From the IMG/VR virus record IMGVR_UViG_3300028833_000012: 20,000 nt of DNA, one strand, 5' to 3'. Source of the stretch: an uncultured virus (IMG/VR IMGVR_UViG_3300028833_000012). Lineage: Duplodnaviria; Heunggongvirae; Uroviricota; Caudoviricetes. A program made the position numbers and the translations under genes. Shown here piece after piece: positions 7,770 through 16,252 of this stretch (position 1 is the first letter of the stretch; each line of letters begins with the position of its first letter). Below the pieces are notes generated by a model that saw nothing but the letters and a program-made list of their open reading frames with translations, made no database searches and was not told the DNA's origin.

Positions 7770-8134
7770 CTAAGATCGGGACGTGCGCATGGTGCGAGAA
7801 ACACAAAACAGTTGTTCGGTTTGCTGTGTATGTTGTGGATGGGCGCTATCATGCGTCCTACCTGTGCAAGCAATGTCTCGACACGTTGAAGTGGGAGATC
7901 AGGAAGGGCATCCGGTGTGATGCGCCCGTTGTTACGGCAGACAGCATCGACACTTTGGCAACAGATAACACGGGTGCATTCAGAAGCGCAAGGCGGCGAA
8001 GCGGAACAGATGCAAAGCACACCGAAACGCATTCAGAAACGCGCAAAGTCCATTCAGAGTCCATTCAGAAACATTCAGAAACATTCAGAAACAGAGGAGA
8101 CCAACACAATGAAATGCAAGGTTCAGACCAATGA
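7760..8134 (+). CDS. hypothetical CxxC-CxxC protein with a repeat-derived tail
   Basis: CAWC...CKQC; the C-terminus reads through the CATTCAGAAA repeats. Confidence 0.55.
   Translation: MPLTKIGTCAWCEKHKTVVRFAVYVVDGRYHASYLCKQCLDTLKWEIRKGIRCDAPVVTADSIDTLATDNTGAFRSARRRSGTDAKHTETHSETRKVHSESIQKHSETFRNRGDQHNEMQGSDQ
8030..8092 (+). repeat. CATTCAGA(A/G) array upstream of the clamp gene
   Basis: Five copies (TCAGAA at 8033, 8065, 8075, 8085; TCAGAG at 8054); the last three have an exact 10-bp period. Confidence 0.85.
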
Positions 8135-9197
8135 CATCGCGGCGGCGCTGGCTGTTGTCACGCGGGCCATCAGCACGAAAGCCATCAACCCGATCCAGAC
8201 TTGCGTCCTGCTTGAAGCGGAAGACAACGGGCTGACGCTGACCGGATCTGGCGGAGCAATGAGCATCCGGATGAGCATCCCGGCAATGGTCTCGGAGAAC
8301 GGCAGCGTGTCGGTAGACGGCGGCATGCTGGCGGCGCTGGCCCGGAAACTTCCGGCGGCGGATACCAACATGGAGACATCCGGCGGCACGCTCCGCATCC
8401 GGAGCGGTTCGTCCCGCACCAATCTGGCCGCACACAGCGGCGATGAGTATCCGCCAGCCATCACCGCCAAGGGCGGCACCGAAGCGACCGTGAAGAGCGG
8501 AACCCTCAAGCGCAGTATCTCGCAAGTGATCTACTGCGTGGCGCAGGATGAGGCGAGGCAGATCCTGACCGGCATCCTGATGGACGCATCCGGCGAGGGT
8601 ATCAAGATGGTCGCGCTCGACGGCTTCCGGATGGCGGAGGCCGTGACGGACGGTTTCTTCAGCGAGTGCCGCGCCGTGGTGCCCGGAGCCAGCGCCAAGG
8701 AGCTGGAGCGCATCCTCCCGGACACAGACGAGGACGTGAAGGTGACCGTCGGCGGCGGCAGGATGACGGCAGACTGCGGCGGTGTGGTGTTCTCGACTAC
8801 GCTGCTCGCCGGTGACTACATCGACTACGCAAAACTGATCCCGGCGGACTTCGCCACCCGGACGATGGCGGACCGGGACGCTCTGCTCCGCGCCATCGAC
8901 CGCGCCGAACTGATGGCACGCAACGCACACAACAACCTGGTGCAGCTGACCGTGTCGGATGAGGCCGTCAGCATCACGGCGCGTTCCGAGGTCGCCGACA
9001 CCGAGGAGACCGTGGCCTGCCAGACCAGCGGAAAGGGCCTGACCATCGCATTCAATGTCAAGTATCTGGCCGATGCCATCAAGGCGATGGAGGGCGACGA
9101 GATCGAGATCTGCTTCAACACGTCCACGTCCCCGGCGGTGCTCCGCTGTCCCGGACAGGGCGCGATGAGCCTGATCCTGCCTGTACGGGTGGCATGA
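8109..9197 (+). CDS. dnaN: DNA polymerase III beta sliding clamp
   Basis: 362 aa; VALDGFRMA, GDYIDY..LIP, IAFNVKYLAD, LILPVR; SD GAGGAG. Confidence 0.92.
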   Translation: MKCKVQTNDIAAALAVVTRAISTKAINPIQTCVLLEAEDNGLTLTGSGGAMSIRMSIPAMVSENGSVSVDGGMLAALARKLPAADTNMETSGGTLRIRSGSSRTNLAAHSGDEYPPAITAKGGTEATVKSGTLKRSISQVIYCVAQDEARQILTGILMDASGEGIKMVALDGFRMAEAVTDGFFSECRAVVPGASAKELERILPDTDEDVKVTVGGGRMTADCGGVVFSTTLLAGDYIDYAKLIPADFATRTMADRDALLRAIDRAELMARNAHNNLVQLTVSDEAVSITARSEVADTEETVACQTSGKGLTIAFNVKYLADAIKAMEGDEIEICFNTSTSPAVLRCPGQGAMSLILPVRVA

Positions 9198-9226
9198 CGC
9201 ATGACGCGGAAAGGGGGTGATGAAAT

Positions 9227-11146
9227 GTGAGCGGAAAGCAAGACGTGCCGACAGAAGTCCAGCAGGCAAAGCCGCTCGTCCCGCAATGGACGCTGGAAGA
9301 CTTCATGAGCGAGAAGCCCTACGCCTATCTCTACGCCTACAAGGACAAGAAGTTTCTGCTCCAGCAGATGCTCAACCGTGCGCAGGCGCAGGCTAAAGCG
9401 CTGAAATTCTCCGGTTTCATGCGGATGTGGAACAGCTATGTCGAGGCGAACAGTCCAAAGCAGACCATCCTCGGCGACTACCAGACCATGTTCCCGGAAC
9501 AGCCGCTCCAGTTGCGCTCCGGCCACTACAACTGCGACGAGTTTGGCGTGTCCTACACCGGACGTATGGGCGAGTCCGTCACGGTGTGCTCCCATCCGAT
9601 CATGCCGGTCATGCGCGTGGTCAATCTCGACAGCAAGGAGGAGAAAATGCAGATCGCCTTCCGGCGCGGGAGCAAGCAGAAGGAGTGGAGCACCCCCATC
9701 ATCTCCAAGGACGTGCTGGCCAGCAGCCAGAAGATCATCAGCCTTGCCAGACAGGGCGTGGCCGTCAACAGCGAGAACGCCAAGGACCTCGTCAGCTACT
9801 TGACCGACATGGAGAGCATGAACTACGACGAGATCCCGACACAGAACAGCACCGGCCACCTCGGCTGGCTCCCTGATGGACAGTTCTCTCCGTACTGTGA
9901 AGGCGTGGTCTACGACGGCGACAATCCGGAATTCAAGCGCATCTTCGACGGCTTCCGCGAGACCGGCAGCGAGAGCGTCTGGATGGGCATTGCCAAGGCC
10001 ACCCGGAGCGGGAAGAGCGTCCCGGCACGGCTGGCCCTGGCGGCGTCCTTCGCGGCCCCGCTGGTCAGCATCCTCAACGCCCTGCCGTTCTTCGTCCACA
10101 TCTGGGGTACACAGGGCTGCGGCAAAACTGTCGGCCTGATGCTGGCGGCAAGCGTCTGGGGCAACCCGGAAGTCGGCAAGTACATCAAGACGTTCGGCGG
10201 TACCAAGGTCAGTCAGGAATTGTACGCATCATTCTGCGGGAACGTGCCGATCATCCTCGACGAGCTGCAAATCATGGCAGACCGCAAGTCTTTTGACGAC
10301 ATCATCTACATGCTCTGCGAGGGCGTGAGCAAGGGTCGCGGTGCGAAAGACGGAGGACTCCAGTTACAGCGGCATTGGTCGAGCACCATCATCACGTCCG
10401 CAGAAATGCCCATCGTGCAGAGCAACAGCGGCGGCGGCGCGGCCGTCCGGACCATCGAAGTCAACTACGGCGGAGAACCGCTCTTTGAGGACAGCCGGAC
10501 CGTGGCGGAAACCCTCAAGCAGAACTACGGTTTCGCGGGCCGCAAGTTCATCGAGTCGCTCAAGGATCCGGAAACACTTCAAGCGCTCCGGGACATTCAG
10601 AAGCGGTACTACAGCCAGCTCTCCGGCGAGATTCAGGACAAGCAGGTGCTGGCCGCGTCCATCCTTCTGGCTGCCGACAAACTGGCTGATGCCGCCCTGT
10701 TCCATGACGGCAAGGCGCTGACGGTCGAAGAGATCAAGCCCTACCTGATCACGCGCGACCAGGCCGATGTCAACGTGCGGGCCTACAACTGGCTGTGCGG
10801 CTACATCGCCGGTAATCCACGCCGGTTCGACGCCAACGAGGAAAACCCCGGCGAGGTCTGGGGCGTGATCGAGAGCGGCATCTGCTATTTCAACCGCACT
10901 TTCTTCGACCGCGTGATGCACGCAGAAGCCTTCTCACCGTCCAGTTTCCTGACATGGGCCGACCGCAACGGCAAGATCATCCGGGAGTATTACGGTAAAA
11001 ACAGTGGGAATAACCGGATGACCGTTCGGAAAAAGGTCGGCGGCGCGAAGGTCGCCTGCGTGGCACTCCTCTTGCCGACCGACGATGATAAGGCACCAGT
11101 CCCGGTTATGATGACGCCTGTTCAGGATGACGATATGCCCTTCTAA
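9227..11146 (+). CDS. DUF927-domain replicative helicase/initiator (Cch-like)
   Basis: HLGW, Walker A GTQGCGKT, ASVWGNP, Walker B IILDE, G..KGRG.K.G, NYGFAG. Confidence 0.8.
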   Translation: MSGKQDVPTEVQQAKPLVPQWTLEDFMSEKPYAYLYAYKDKKFLLQQMLNRAQAQAKALKFSGFMRMWNSYVEANSPKQTILGDYQTMFPEQPLQLRSGHYNCDEFGVSYTGRMGESVTVCSHPIMPVMRVVNLDSKEEKMQIAFRRGSKQKEWSTPIISKDVLASSQKIISLARQGVAVNSENAKDLVSYLTDMESMNYDEIPTQNSTGHLGWLPDGQFSPYCEGVVYDGDNPEFKRIFDGFRETGSESVWMGIAKATRSGKSVPARLALAASFAAPLVSILNALPFFVHIWGTQGCGKTVGLMLAASVWGNPEVGKYIKTFGGTKVSQELYASFCGNVPIILDELQIMADRKSFDDIIYMLCEGVSKGRGAKDGGLQLQRHWSSTIITSAEMPIVQSNSGGGAAVRTIEVNYGGEPLFEDSRTVAETLKQNYGFAGRKFIESLKDPETLQALRDIQKRYYSQLSGEIQDKQVLAASILLAADKLADAALFHDGKALTVEEIKPYLITRDQADVNVRAYNWLCGYIAGNPRRFDANEENPGEVWGVIESGICYFNRTFFDRVMHAEAFSPSSFLTWADRNGKIIREYYGKNSGNNRMTVRKKVGGAKVACVALLLPTDDDKAPVPVMMTPVQDDDMPF

Positions 11147-11185
11147 TTCTTGACGGTCTCACTCCGGGTACGCTCAAAACAGCAG

Positions 11186-11436
11186 CGTACACCGGAGTGT
11201 ACACCCGCAAACCCGCATGGGCGTTGACTTTCAGAGGCCGATGCACGAAATGTACGTTTTGGCGGAAAAAATATAAACCTATACGCGCGAGAAAAAAATC
11301 ACAACACCCCTACCCGGAATAAGGCAAGCGCGCTCGCGCGCGTAAGATGAATTTACTCGCAGAACGTACATTTCGTACACCAGGCCATCTAAACTCAGTC
11401 GTGGTGCGGGTTTCAACGGTGTACACTCGGTGTACG
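11186..11436. repeat. long imperfect inverted repeat, putative replication origin
   Basis: Arms 11186-11291 and 11333-11436 share CGTACACC(G)GAGTGTACACC, AAACCCGCA, ACGAAATGTACGTT and CGCGCGAG in inverted orientation. Confidence 0.75.
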
Positions 11437-11527
11437 TTGTAAGTAGCGGCGTACACCAGAACACCACAAAACGCCATCAAAACACCATCAACACACCATC
11501 AAAACCACCAGAAACGGAGGCGATATC

Positions 11528-12310
11528 ATCAAAACCCTGATCGCAGTCCCCTGCATGCAGACCGTTCCGACAGCGTTCCTGCGCTCGCTGGAGGGCATGC
11601 GCCGTCTGCCGGACACCTACACGTCCATCAGCCAATGCACCCTGATCCATGACGCCCGCAACGAGTTCGCCAGCATCGCCATTCAGCACGGCTTCGACCG
11701 CATCCTCTGGATCGACAGCGACATGACATTCCCGCCTGACCTGCTGGAAAGACTGAGCAAGCACCTCGACAACGGCAAGTTCATGGCATGCGGTCTCTAC
11801 TTCAAGCGTGTCCTGCCGACCGGACCGGTGATCTACTGCCGTCAGGAGCGCCAAACCGACCCGGTACTCGGCGAACACATCCGCCCGGTGCCCTACACAG
11901 ACTACCCGCGCAACCAAACCTTCGAGATCGACGCCTGCGGTTTCGGTGCCGTCATGACGGACGTGGCTCTTGTCCGCGCTGTCTGGGATCGCTACGGTCC
12001 GCCCTTCACACCATACCTCAACATCGGCGAGGACCTGTCTTTCTGCTGGCGCGTCCGGGAGATGGGGCAGAAGATCTGGTGCGACTCGTCCATCTCTGCC
12101 GGACACATCGGCACCGCCATCTTCGATGAGGGCACCTGGATCGCCCAGCAGCGTGCTGTACCAGACAGGAACGACCATCAGAACGGTGACATTCAGAACG
12201 GTAATGACATTCAGAACAGCGGTGCCCATCCGGACGGTGAGGATGACCATCAGAGCAGTGACGGCATTCAGAACGAAACCAACCAGACCAACCACACAGA
12301 AGGGACGTGA
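11528..12310 (+). CDS. GT-A (GT2-like) glycosyltransferase, probable ATC start
   Basis: (I/M)KTLIAVPCM, ARN, WIDSDMTF (DxD), GFG, GEDLSFC, GHIG; GGAGG sits 7 nt before an in-frame ATC at 11528. Confidence 0.8.
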   Translation: MKTLIAVPCMQTVPTAFLRSLEGMRRLPDTYTSISQCTLIHDARNEFASIAIQHGFDRILWIDSDMTFPPDLLERLSKHLDNGKFMACGLYFKRVLPTGPVIYCRQERQTDPVLGEHIRPVPYTDYPRNQTFEIDACGFGAVMTDVALVRAVWDRYGPPFTPYLNIGEDLSFCWRVREMGQKIWCDSSISAGHIGTAIFDEGTWIAQQRAVPDRNDHQNGDIQNGNDIQNSGAHPDGEDDHQSSDGIQNETNQTNHTEGT

Positions 12311-12792
12311 CCAACACGAACTACTATGACGGCTATGTTGACCATATGTGGCGATTCTACGTCCGCAATCAGACCGCCACACTCGACACACTCGGCAACG
12401 CTTCACGCGAAAACTGGACGGTCTGCGACAGCATCTACCACAAAAGCAACCCGTTCCGCCAAGAAATCCTATCAGCATACTACGCCCCCTATTTCACCGG
12501 CACCGCCCAGGATAACCTGACCGTCTACTGTGAGGAACACAACGTCTCCACCGAGCAGGCCAACAACGCCCTCCGCTCCATCCGTACCATCACCGCTGTC
12601 GAGCGCGGCCTGCTTGACCGCCTGCCGCCAGAGCAGCGCAAAGCATTCCGCCATGCTCCGGGTTCAGGCAAGAGGACCGTTGTCACCAGTAGCGGGCTGA
12701 TCGAAATGACCGGTAAGACTGAGTTGACCGGGCAACATTCAGAACAAGACAACCAACATTCAGAAACTACAATAGCCCATACAGAGGAGTGA
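12307..12792 (+). CDS. phage hypothetical protein, possibly a late-transcription regulator
   Basis: GTGA overlap; YY..YV.H.WRFY...RGLL. The regulator role is inferred only from its position upstream of terS. Confidence 0.55.
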   Translation: MTNTNYYDGYVDHMWRFYVRNQTATLDTLGNASRENWTVCDSIYHKSNPFRQEILSAYYAPYFTGTAQDNLTVYCEEHNVSTEQANNALRSIRTITAVERGLLDRLPPEQRKAFRHAPGSGKRTVVTSSGLIEMTGKTELTGQHSEQDNQHSETTIAHTEE

Positions 12793-12798
12793 TTCAGA

Positions 12799-13365
12799 AT
12801 GCCAACGAGAAAACCGGAACAGCTTCCGGACGATGTCGTAAATACCGTCGTCAAACGCCACCGTGGTTCCTTTCCAACCGAACTGGACAACATCCACGTT
12901 GACCCAGGCGACAATTCCCGCTTCGTCCGCTACGCTATGGCCGCTTGGGACTTGCCGCCTATCGACATCTCCGACCCGCAACAGGTCCGTGACCGTATCA
13001 TTATGTATTTCCAACACTGCGCCGATAACGACCGCAAACCTCAGCTTACCGGCATGGCTAACTGGCTCGGCGTGTCAAGAGATACACTTAATTCTTGGAA
13101 AAGGGGAGAGTATAGGAAAGATACGCACTCCGACATTGTGCAAAAAGCTGTCAGTGCGCTTGAAGAAATGTGGGCTGACTACATGATGAACGGCAAGGTC
13201 AATCCGGCAAGCGGGATCTTCATTTCCAAGAACTGGTTTGGATATGCCGACACGCAGAACATTGTCGTCACACCAAACAATCCGCTCGACAACATGAGCC
13301 AGGACGATGCCCGCAACAGATACGCTAACGCTCTGCCTGAAATCGCTGACGATGGCAACGAGTAA
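12799..13365 (+). CDS. terS: terminase small subunit (P22 gp3-like)
   Basis: YF..C...RKP.LTGMA.WLGVSR.TL..W HTH; NPASGIF..KNWFGY.D. Confidence 0.8.
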   Translation: MPTRKPEQLPDDVVNTVVKRHRGSFPTELDNIHVDPGDNSRFVRYAMAAWDLPPIDISDPQQVRDRIIMYFQHCADNDRKPQLTGMANWLGVSRDTLNSWKRGEYRKDTHSDIVQKAVSALEEMWADYMMNGKVNPASGIFISKNWFGYADTQNIVVTPNNPLDNMSQDDARNRYANALPEIADDGNE

Positions 13366-13388
13366 CCAGCAAGCCCGGTAGCCATAAG

Positions 13389-13498
13389 AAAGCAACCTGT
13401 ACCCGACGAGACGTATATATAAGCTATAGCGTACAATATATATAACAAAATGTACGTTATAAATATATATATATGTCTATAACGTGTCAGGTTGCTTT
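13389..13498. repeat. AT-rich long hairpin/cruciform just after terS
   Basis: AAAGCAACCTG/CAGGTTGCTTT, AGACGTATATATA/TATATATATGTCT, TATAGCGTACA/TGTACGTTATA. Confidence 0.7.
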
Positions 13499-14138
13499 TG
13501 CCTATTGACTGGCTTCTGGGCGTGCAGTCTGTACCGCAACTCTGGCCGTCCGGGTGGTGTGATGGCGGCTTGTCTTCCTCCGGGCAGCGTCCGTGCTGGG
13601 CGGCGTTGACCATCAGAAGGTGCGTTTGGCGGCTGGCCCGGTTTGGGCGGCGGCGTGACTGTGCAGCGGGAACGAGACCGGCAGCACTCGCGCCCTTGGA
13701 TGGCAAAGCGACGGCGGTTCGGACCGTGACGGTTGGACAGGACCGGCGGCGGAATCATCCACCCCTGATTGCAAAACGCAGCAGAAGCGGACGATGCGCC
13801 CAGGAATCGCCGCTATGCTGTCCAGAATGCGCCAGGATCGTCTCGTGGCGTTTGGCGTGGGAAATATCCATCAGAAACAGGAAGCGCTCAGAAGGGCGTT
13901 TTTGTGGCTCTATGAGCGTGTCGCTTATAACATGGTTGATAACGCGGTTTATAGCCGGGTTGATAACGTCAAAACAGAATAGCGCAATCAGAATTGATTT
14001 TAGGGCGGTCAGAAGGGGCTTGCGAGCGTCTCGCTGTGTTTAGATTGGTTTGTGTCCATCTGGATAGTGAGCGCGTCAGAAGGGCGTTATTGACAGAATG
14101 CGGGCGTGGTGCGTCAGAACGGGCGGATTGTGCGCACG

Positions 14139-14162
14139 AAAAAAGCCCGCACGGTGGCGGGC
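14139..14162 (-). terminator. intrinsic terminator of the minus-strand operon
   Basis: Minus strand GCCCGC-CACCGT-GCGGGC-TTTTTT, about 20 nt after the last stop codon. Confidence 0.8.
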
Positions 14163-14183
14163 GGTGTGGGCGATTGGCGGTGG

Positions 14184-14597
14184 TCAAACAACGGTGAAAT
14201 TCTCATTGTACTTCTGGCGATGGCGTTCACAGTAACGGTTTACAAATTCCTGCGGATCGGTGATGCCCTCAGCATGGAGGTCTTCGCGGATGTCGTCGTC
14301 CATCAGGGATACGGCGCTGTCCAGGCTTACGAAGTCGCCGTTGACGTCAACAAGGCGTTCCGCGAGCTGCCACGCATAAGCGGTGACGAAGTTCGGCGTG
14401 AAGGTCGTGATGACGCGCTCACCGTCGAAGATCGGGCAGTCGTAGAGGTCGTCACAGGCGCGGTCGGCCATGCGCTGCTTGTCAAAGGACAGGTCGCGGG
14501 TGCTTGTGATTTCCTTGCCGTTGACCACAATGTGACGGTCGCCAATCAAGGATACGGTGACTGGGTTCTGGTTTTCGTCATAAGCGCGAATGATCAT
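14184..14597 (-). CDS. AcrIC5-like anti-CRISPR domain fused to an ~80-aa unknown N-terminal domain
   Basis: C-terminal VNGDFVSLDSAVSLMDDDIREDLH...QEFVNRYCERHRQKYNENF resembles AcrIC5 as recalled (NG..IDFDAAVNLMDAELREELH...QEFLDAY..AH..KF..EEF). Confidence 0.7.
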   Translation of the reverse strand: MIIRAYDENQNPVTVSLIGDRHIVVNGKEITSTRDLSFDKQRMADRACDDLYDCPIFDGERVITTFTPNFVTAYAWQLAERLVDVNGDFVSLDSAVSLMDDDIREDLHAEGITDPQEFVNRYCERHRQKYNENFTVV

Positions 14598-14644
14598 GAT
14601 GTTGGCTCCTTTCATTTTCGGGTGGCTTGTTATTCAGAATCTTA

Positions 14645-14809
14645 TCACGCAGGCAGCACGCTGTCAAGGGTGACAGTGACGCGCTGGCCAGGATAGCGGG
14701 CGTGAATCCATCGGCGGAGGCGGCTTTCCGCCTCGCTTGGATCGGCGGCAAGGCTGTTCCAGATGCCGCTGTGGTGACGGGTGCGCCAGGTCAGGATGTA
14801 GTACTTCAT
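14645..14809 (-). CDS. small hypothetical protein (54 aa)
   Basis: SD GGGAG; MKYYILTWRTRH. Confidence 0.65.
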   Translation of the reverse strand: MKYYILTWRTRHHSGIWNSLAADPSEAESRLRRWIHARYPGQRVTVTLDSVLPA

Positions 14810-14835
14810 GGTGTTATCTCCCTTCTTTGTGTCGG

Positions 14836-15111
14836 TCAGGTAAAGCAGAAGCGGCATGCGGTGGTGGTCTTGGTGTACTTGGCGGCGATGTCAGGCAGCG
14901 CCTTTTTCAACGCGGCGGTGTCGATGCGGCTGCTGGTGACGGTCTTCCAGGTGGCTTTCCATCCGGTGCCGGTCAGGATCTCGTCGCCGCTGTCAATCAT
15001 GGCGGCTTTGAATTCGTCCCGGATTGCGTCGGCCTCGGCGTTAAGCTCGTCAATCAGAGTCAGGATCTCACGCAGGCGGGCGGCTTTCGGGTCCAGGTGT
15101 TTCATGGTCAT
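14836..15111 (-). CDS. coiled-coil phage protein resembling the C-terminal part of YqaJ-type proteins
   Basis: SD AAGGAGG; coiled coil, then WKATWK..TSSRIDT.ALKK..P....Y.K....RF. Confidence 0.65.
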   Translation of the reverse strand: MTMKHLDPKAARLREILTLIDELNAEADAIRDEFKAAMIDSGDEILTGTGWKATWKTVTSSRIDTAALKKALPDIAAKYTKTTTACRFCFT

Positions 15112-15128
15112 GGTTTTATCCTCCTTCT

Positions 15129-15848
15129 TCAGGCCACGCAGGCCTTGCTTGTCCAATAGTCAATCAGAGCGTTTATCATGTTTTCCGGTATCATAGGCAG
15201 CTGGTAACGGTCCATGCCTTCCGGCGTCATGTAGTAGCCCTGGCCATATCGTGGCAGGTTCTCACAGCCGGACACGCCGAGGATGTTTCTGCTGTCTTGT
15301 GCTGATCGCGTCCTGAGCCCTACTCGCGCATCCATGTTGCACTTGATTTCCGTTGGGATCACTTTGGCAAGCGGGCACTGTGTCGCTGCGATCAGGTGTA
15401 CACGGGCCGCGCGGCCAAGCTGGCATATCCGCTGAATCAGGGGCTGCACTGTTTTTTTGTCGGTGAGCATCAAGTCTGCCAGCTCGTCAATCAGAATATA
15501 GACGTGACTGCCGCTGTAGGATCTCGCGCCGGTGCGCTGCATTTCAGAAAACCGGTCTTCCATTATCTGGACGGCATAGCGTAATGCTCGCGCTGGTTCG
15601 CCTGGTTCGCTTGCATAGGTCAGGACGTGCGGCAAGGCCTTGTACTGTACCAGCTCGACGCGCTTGGGGTCAATCAGAATCAAACGGCACGTTGCAGGGC
15701 TATGGTTCATCAGCAGCGCGTGGAGGATCCCATTGATCACAACGGACTTTCCGCTGCCGGTCGCGCCTGCAATCAGAAGGTGCGGCTGTTGCGCCATGTT
15801 GTAATACAGAGGGCTGTACTGACCGGCTGGTGTGCGGTATGTTGGCAA
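15129..15848 (-). CDS. stand-alone FtsK/SpoIIIE-family ATPase domain
   Basis: HLLIAGATGSGKS, LIDPKRVEL, ILIDELADLM, LGRAARVHLIAATQ, E.L...G; TTG start after AAGGGGTG. Confidence 0.88.
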   Translation of the reverse strand: MPTYRTPAGQYSPLYYNMAQQPHLLIAGATGSGKSVVINGILHALLMNHSPATCRLILIDPKRVELVQYKALPHVLTYASEPGEPARALRYAVQIMEDRFSEMQRTGARSYSGSHVYILIDELADLMLTDKKTVQPLIQRICQLGRAARVHLIAATQCPLAKVIPTEIKCNMDARVGLRTRSAQDSRNILGVSGCENLPRYGQGYYMTPEGMDRYQLPMIPENMINALIDYWTSKACVA

Positions 15849-15851
15849 GTT

Positions 15852-16043
15852 TTACACCCCCTTCCGTGGAATTGCACGGTAGAACGCCATGTATCCGCAT
15901 CTGTTGGATTTGGACCGCGTGGTTTCAATCAGAACATAATCTTTTTTCCATCGCCGTATGGAATTGTAGTGGCGGCTGTAGGTGGTTGGAAAATGATAGT
16001 ATGGGTTGCTGCCGTCCTCGAATGTTATGTGATAGCTATACAT
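15852..16043 (-). CDS. small hypothetical protein
   Basis: SD AAGGAGGT; MYSYHITFEDGSNPY. Confidence 0.7.
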   Translation of the reverse strand: MYSYHITFEDGSNPYYHFPTTYSRHYNSIRRWKKDYVLIETTRSKSNRCGYMAFYRAIPRKGV

Positions 16044-16046
16044 GGT

Positions 16047-16205
16047 TCAGACCTCCTTGATCTCTTCAACGGTGAACCAGGGGCAGCCGTGGGCCTCGGC
16101 AATGGTATATGCTTCCCAGAATCCAGGTTCTGTTTCGCTCTGCACGGTGGTTTCGTATGTGATTTCATTGGCGTCAGCAGAACAGACGATTAACCAGGTT
16201 TTCAT
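16047..16205 (-). CDS. small acidic hypothetical protein (52 aa)
   Basis: MKTWLIVCSADANEITYETTVQSETEPGFWEAYTIAEAHGCPWFTVEEIKEV*; not in the ORF track. Confidence 0.65.
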   Translation of the reverse strand: MKTWLIVCSADANEITYETTVQSETEPGFWEAYTIAEAHGCPWFTVEEIKEV

Positions 16206-16222
16206 TGTTGCGCTCACTTTCT

Positions 16223-16246
16223 CCCCGTATAGCCGGATAGGTCAGC
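16223..16246 (-). ncRNA. small pseudoknot-like motif, copy 2
   Basis: GCTG-ACCTATC-CGGC-TAT-ACGGGG. Confidence 0.45.
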
Positions 16247-16252
16247 TTGTTT

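Noticed and set aside
7917..8108. Upstream extension of dnaN (likewise the ORF-track starts at 2261, 18681 and 19789)
   Set aside because: SD position and domain boundaries favour the downstream starts; two of these extensions run through RNA structures and one through the promoter
8085..10099. Long minus-strand ORFs (394 and 424 aa)
   Set aside because: Antisense shadows of the GC3-rich dnaN and DUF927 genes, with no SD or recognisable motifs
11477..12478. 333-aa minus-strand ORF (likewise 677..1528, 2393..3193, 7121..8032)
   Set aside because: Antisense to well-supported + strand genes
13492..14043. 183-aa + ORF after terS as a possible terL fragment
   Set aside because: No SD, Arg/Trp/Cys-rich non-coding-like composition, and no Walker or nuclease motifs
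15129..15848. Conjugative coupling protein / ICE or integrated plasmid
   Set aside because: No relaxase, Rep, T4SS genes or att sites, and the TCAGAA polarity is continuous with the phage genes
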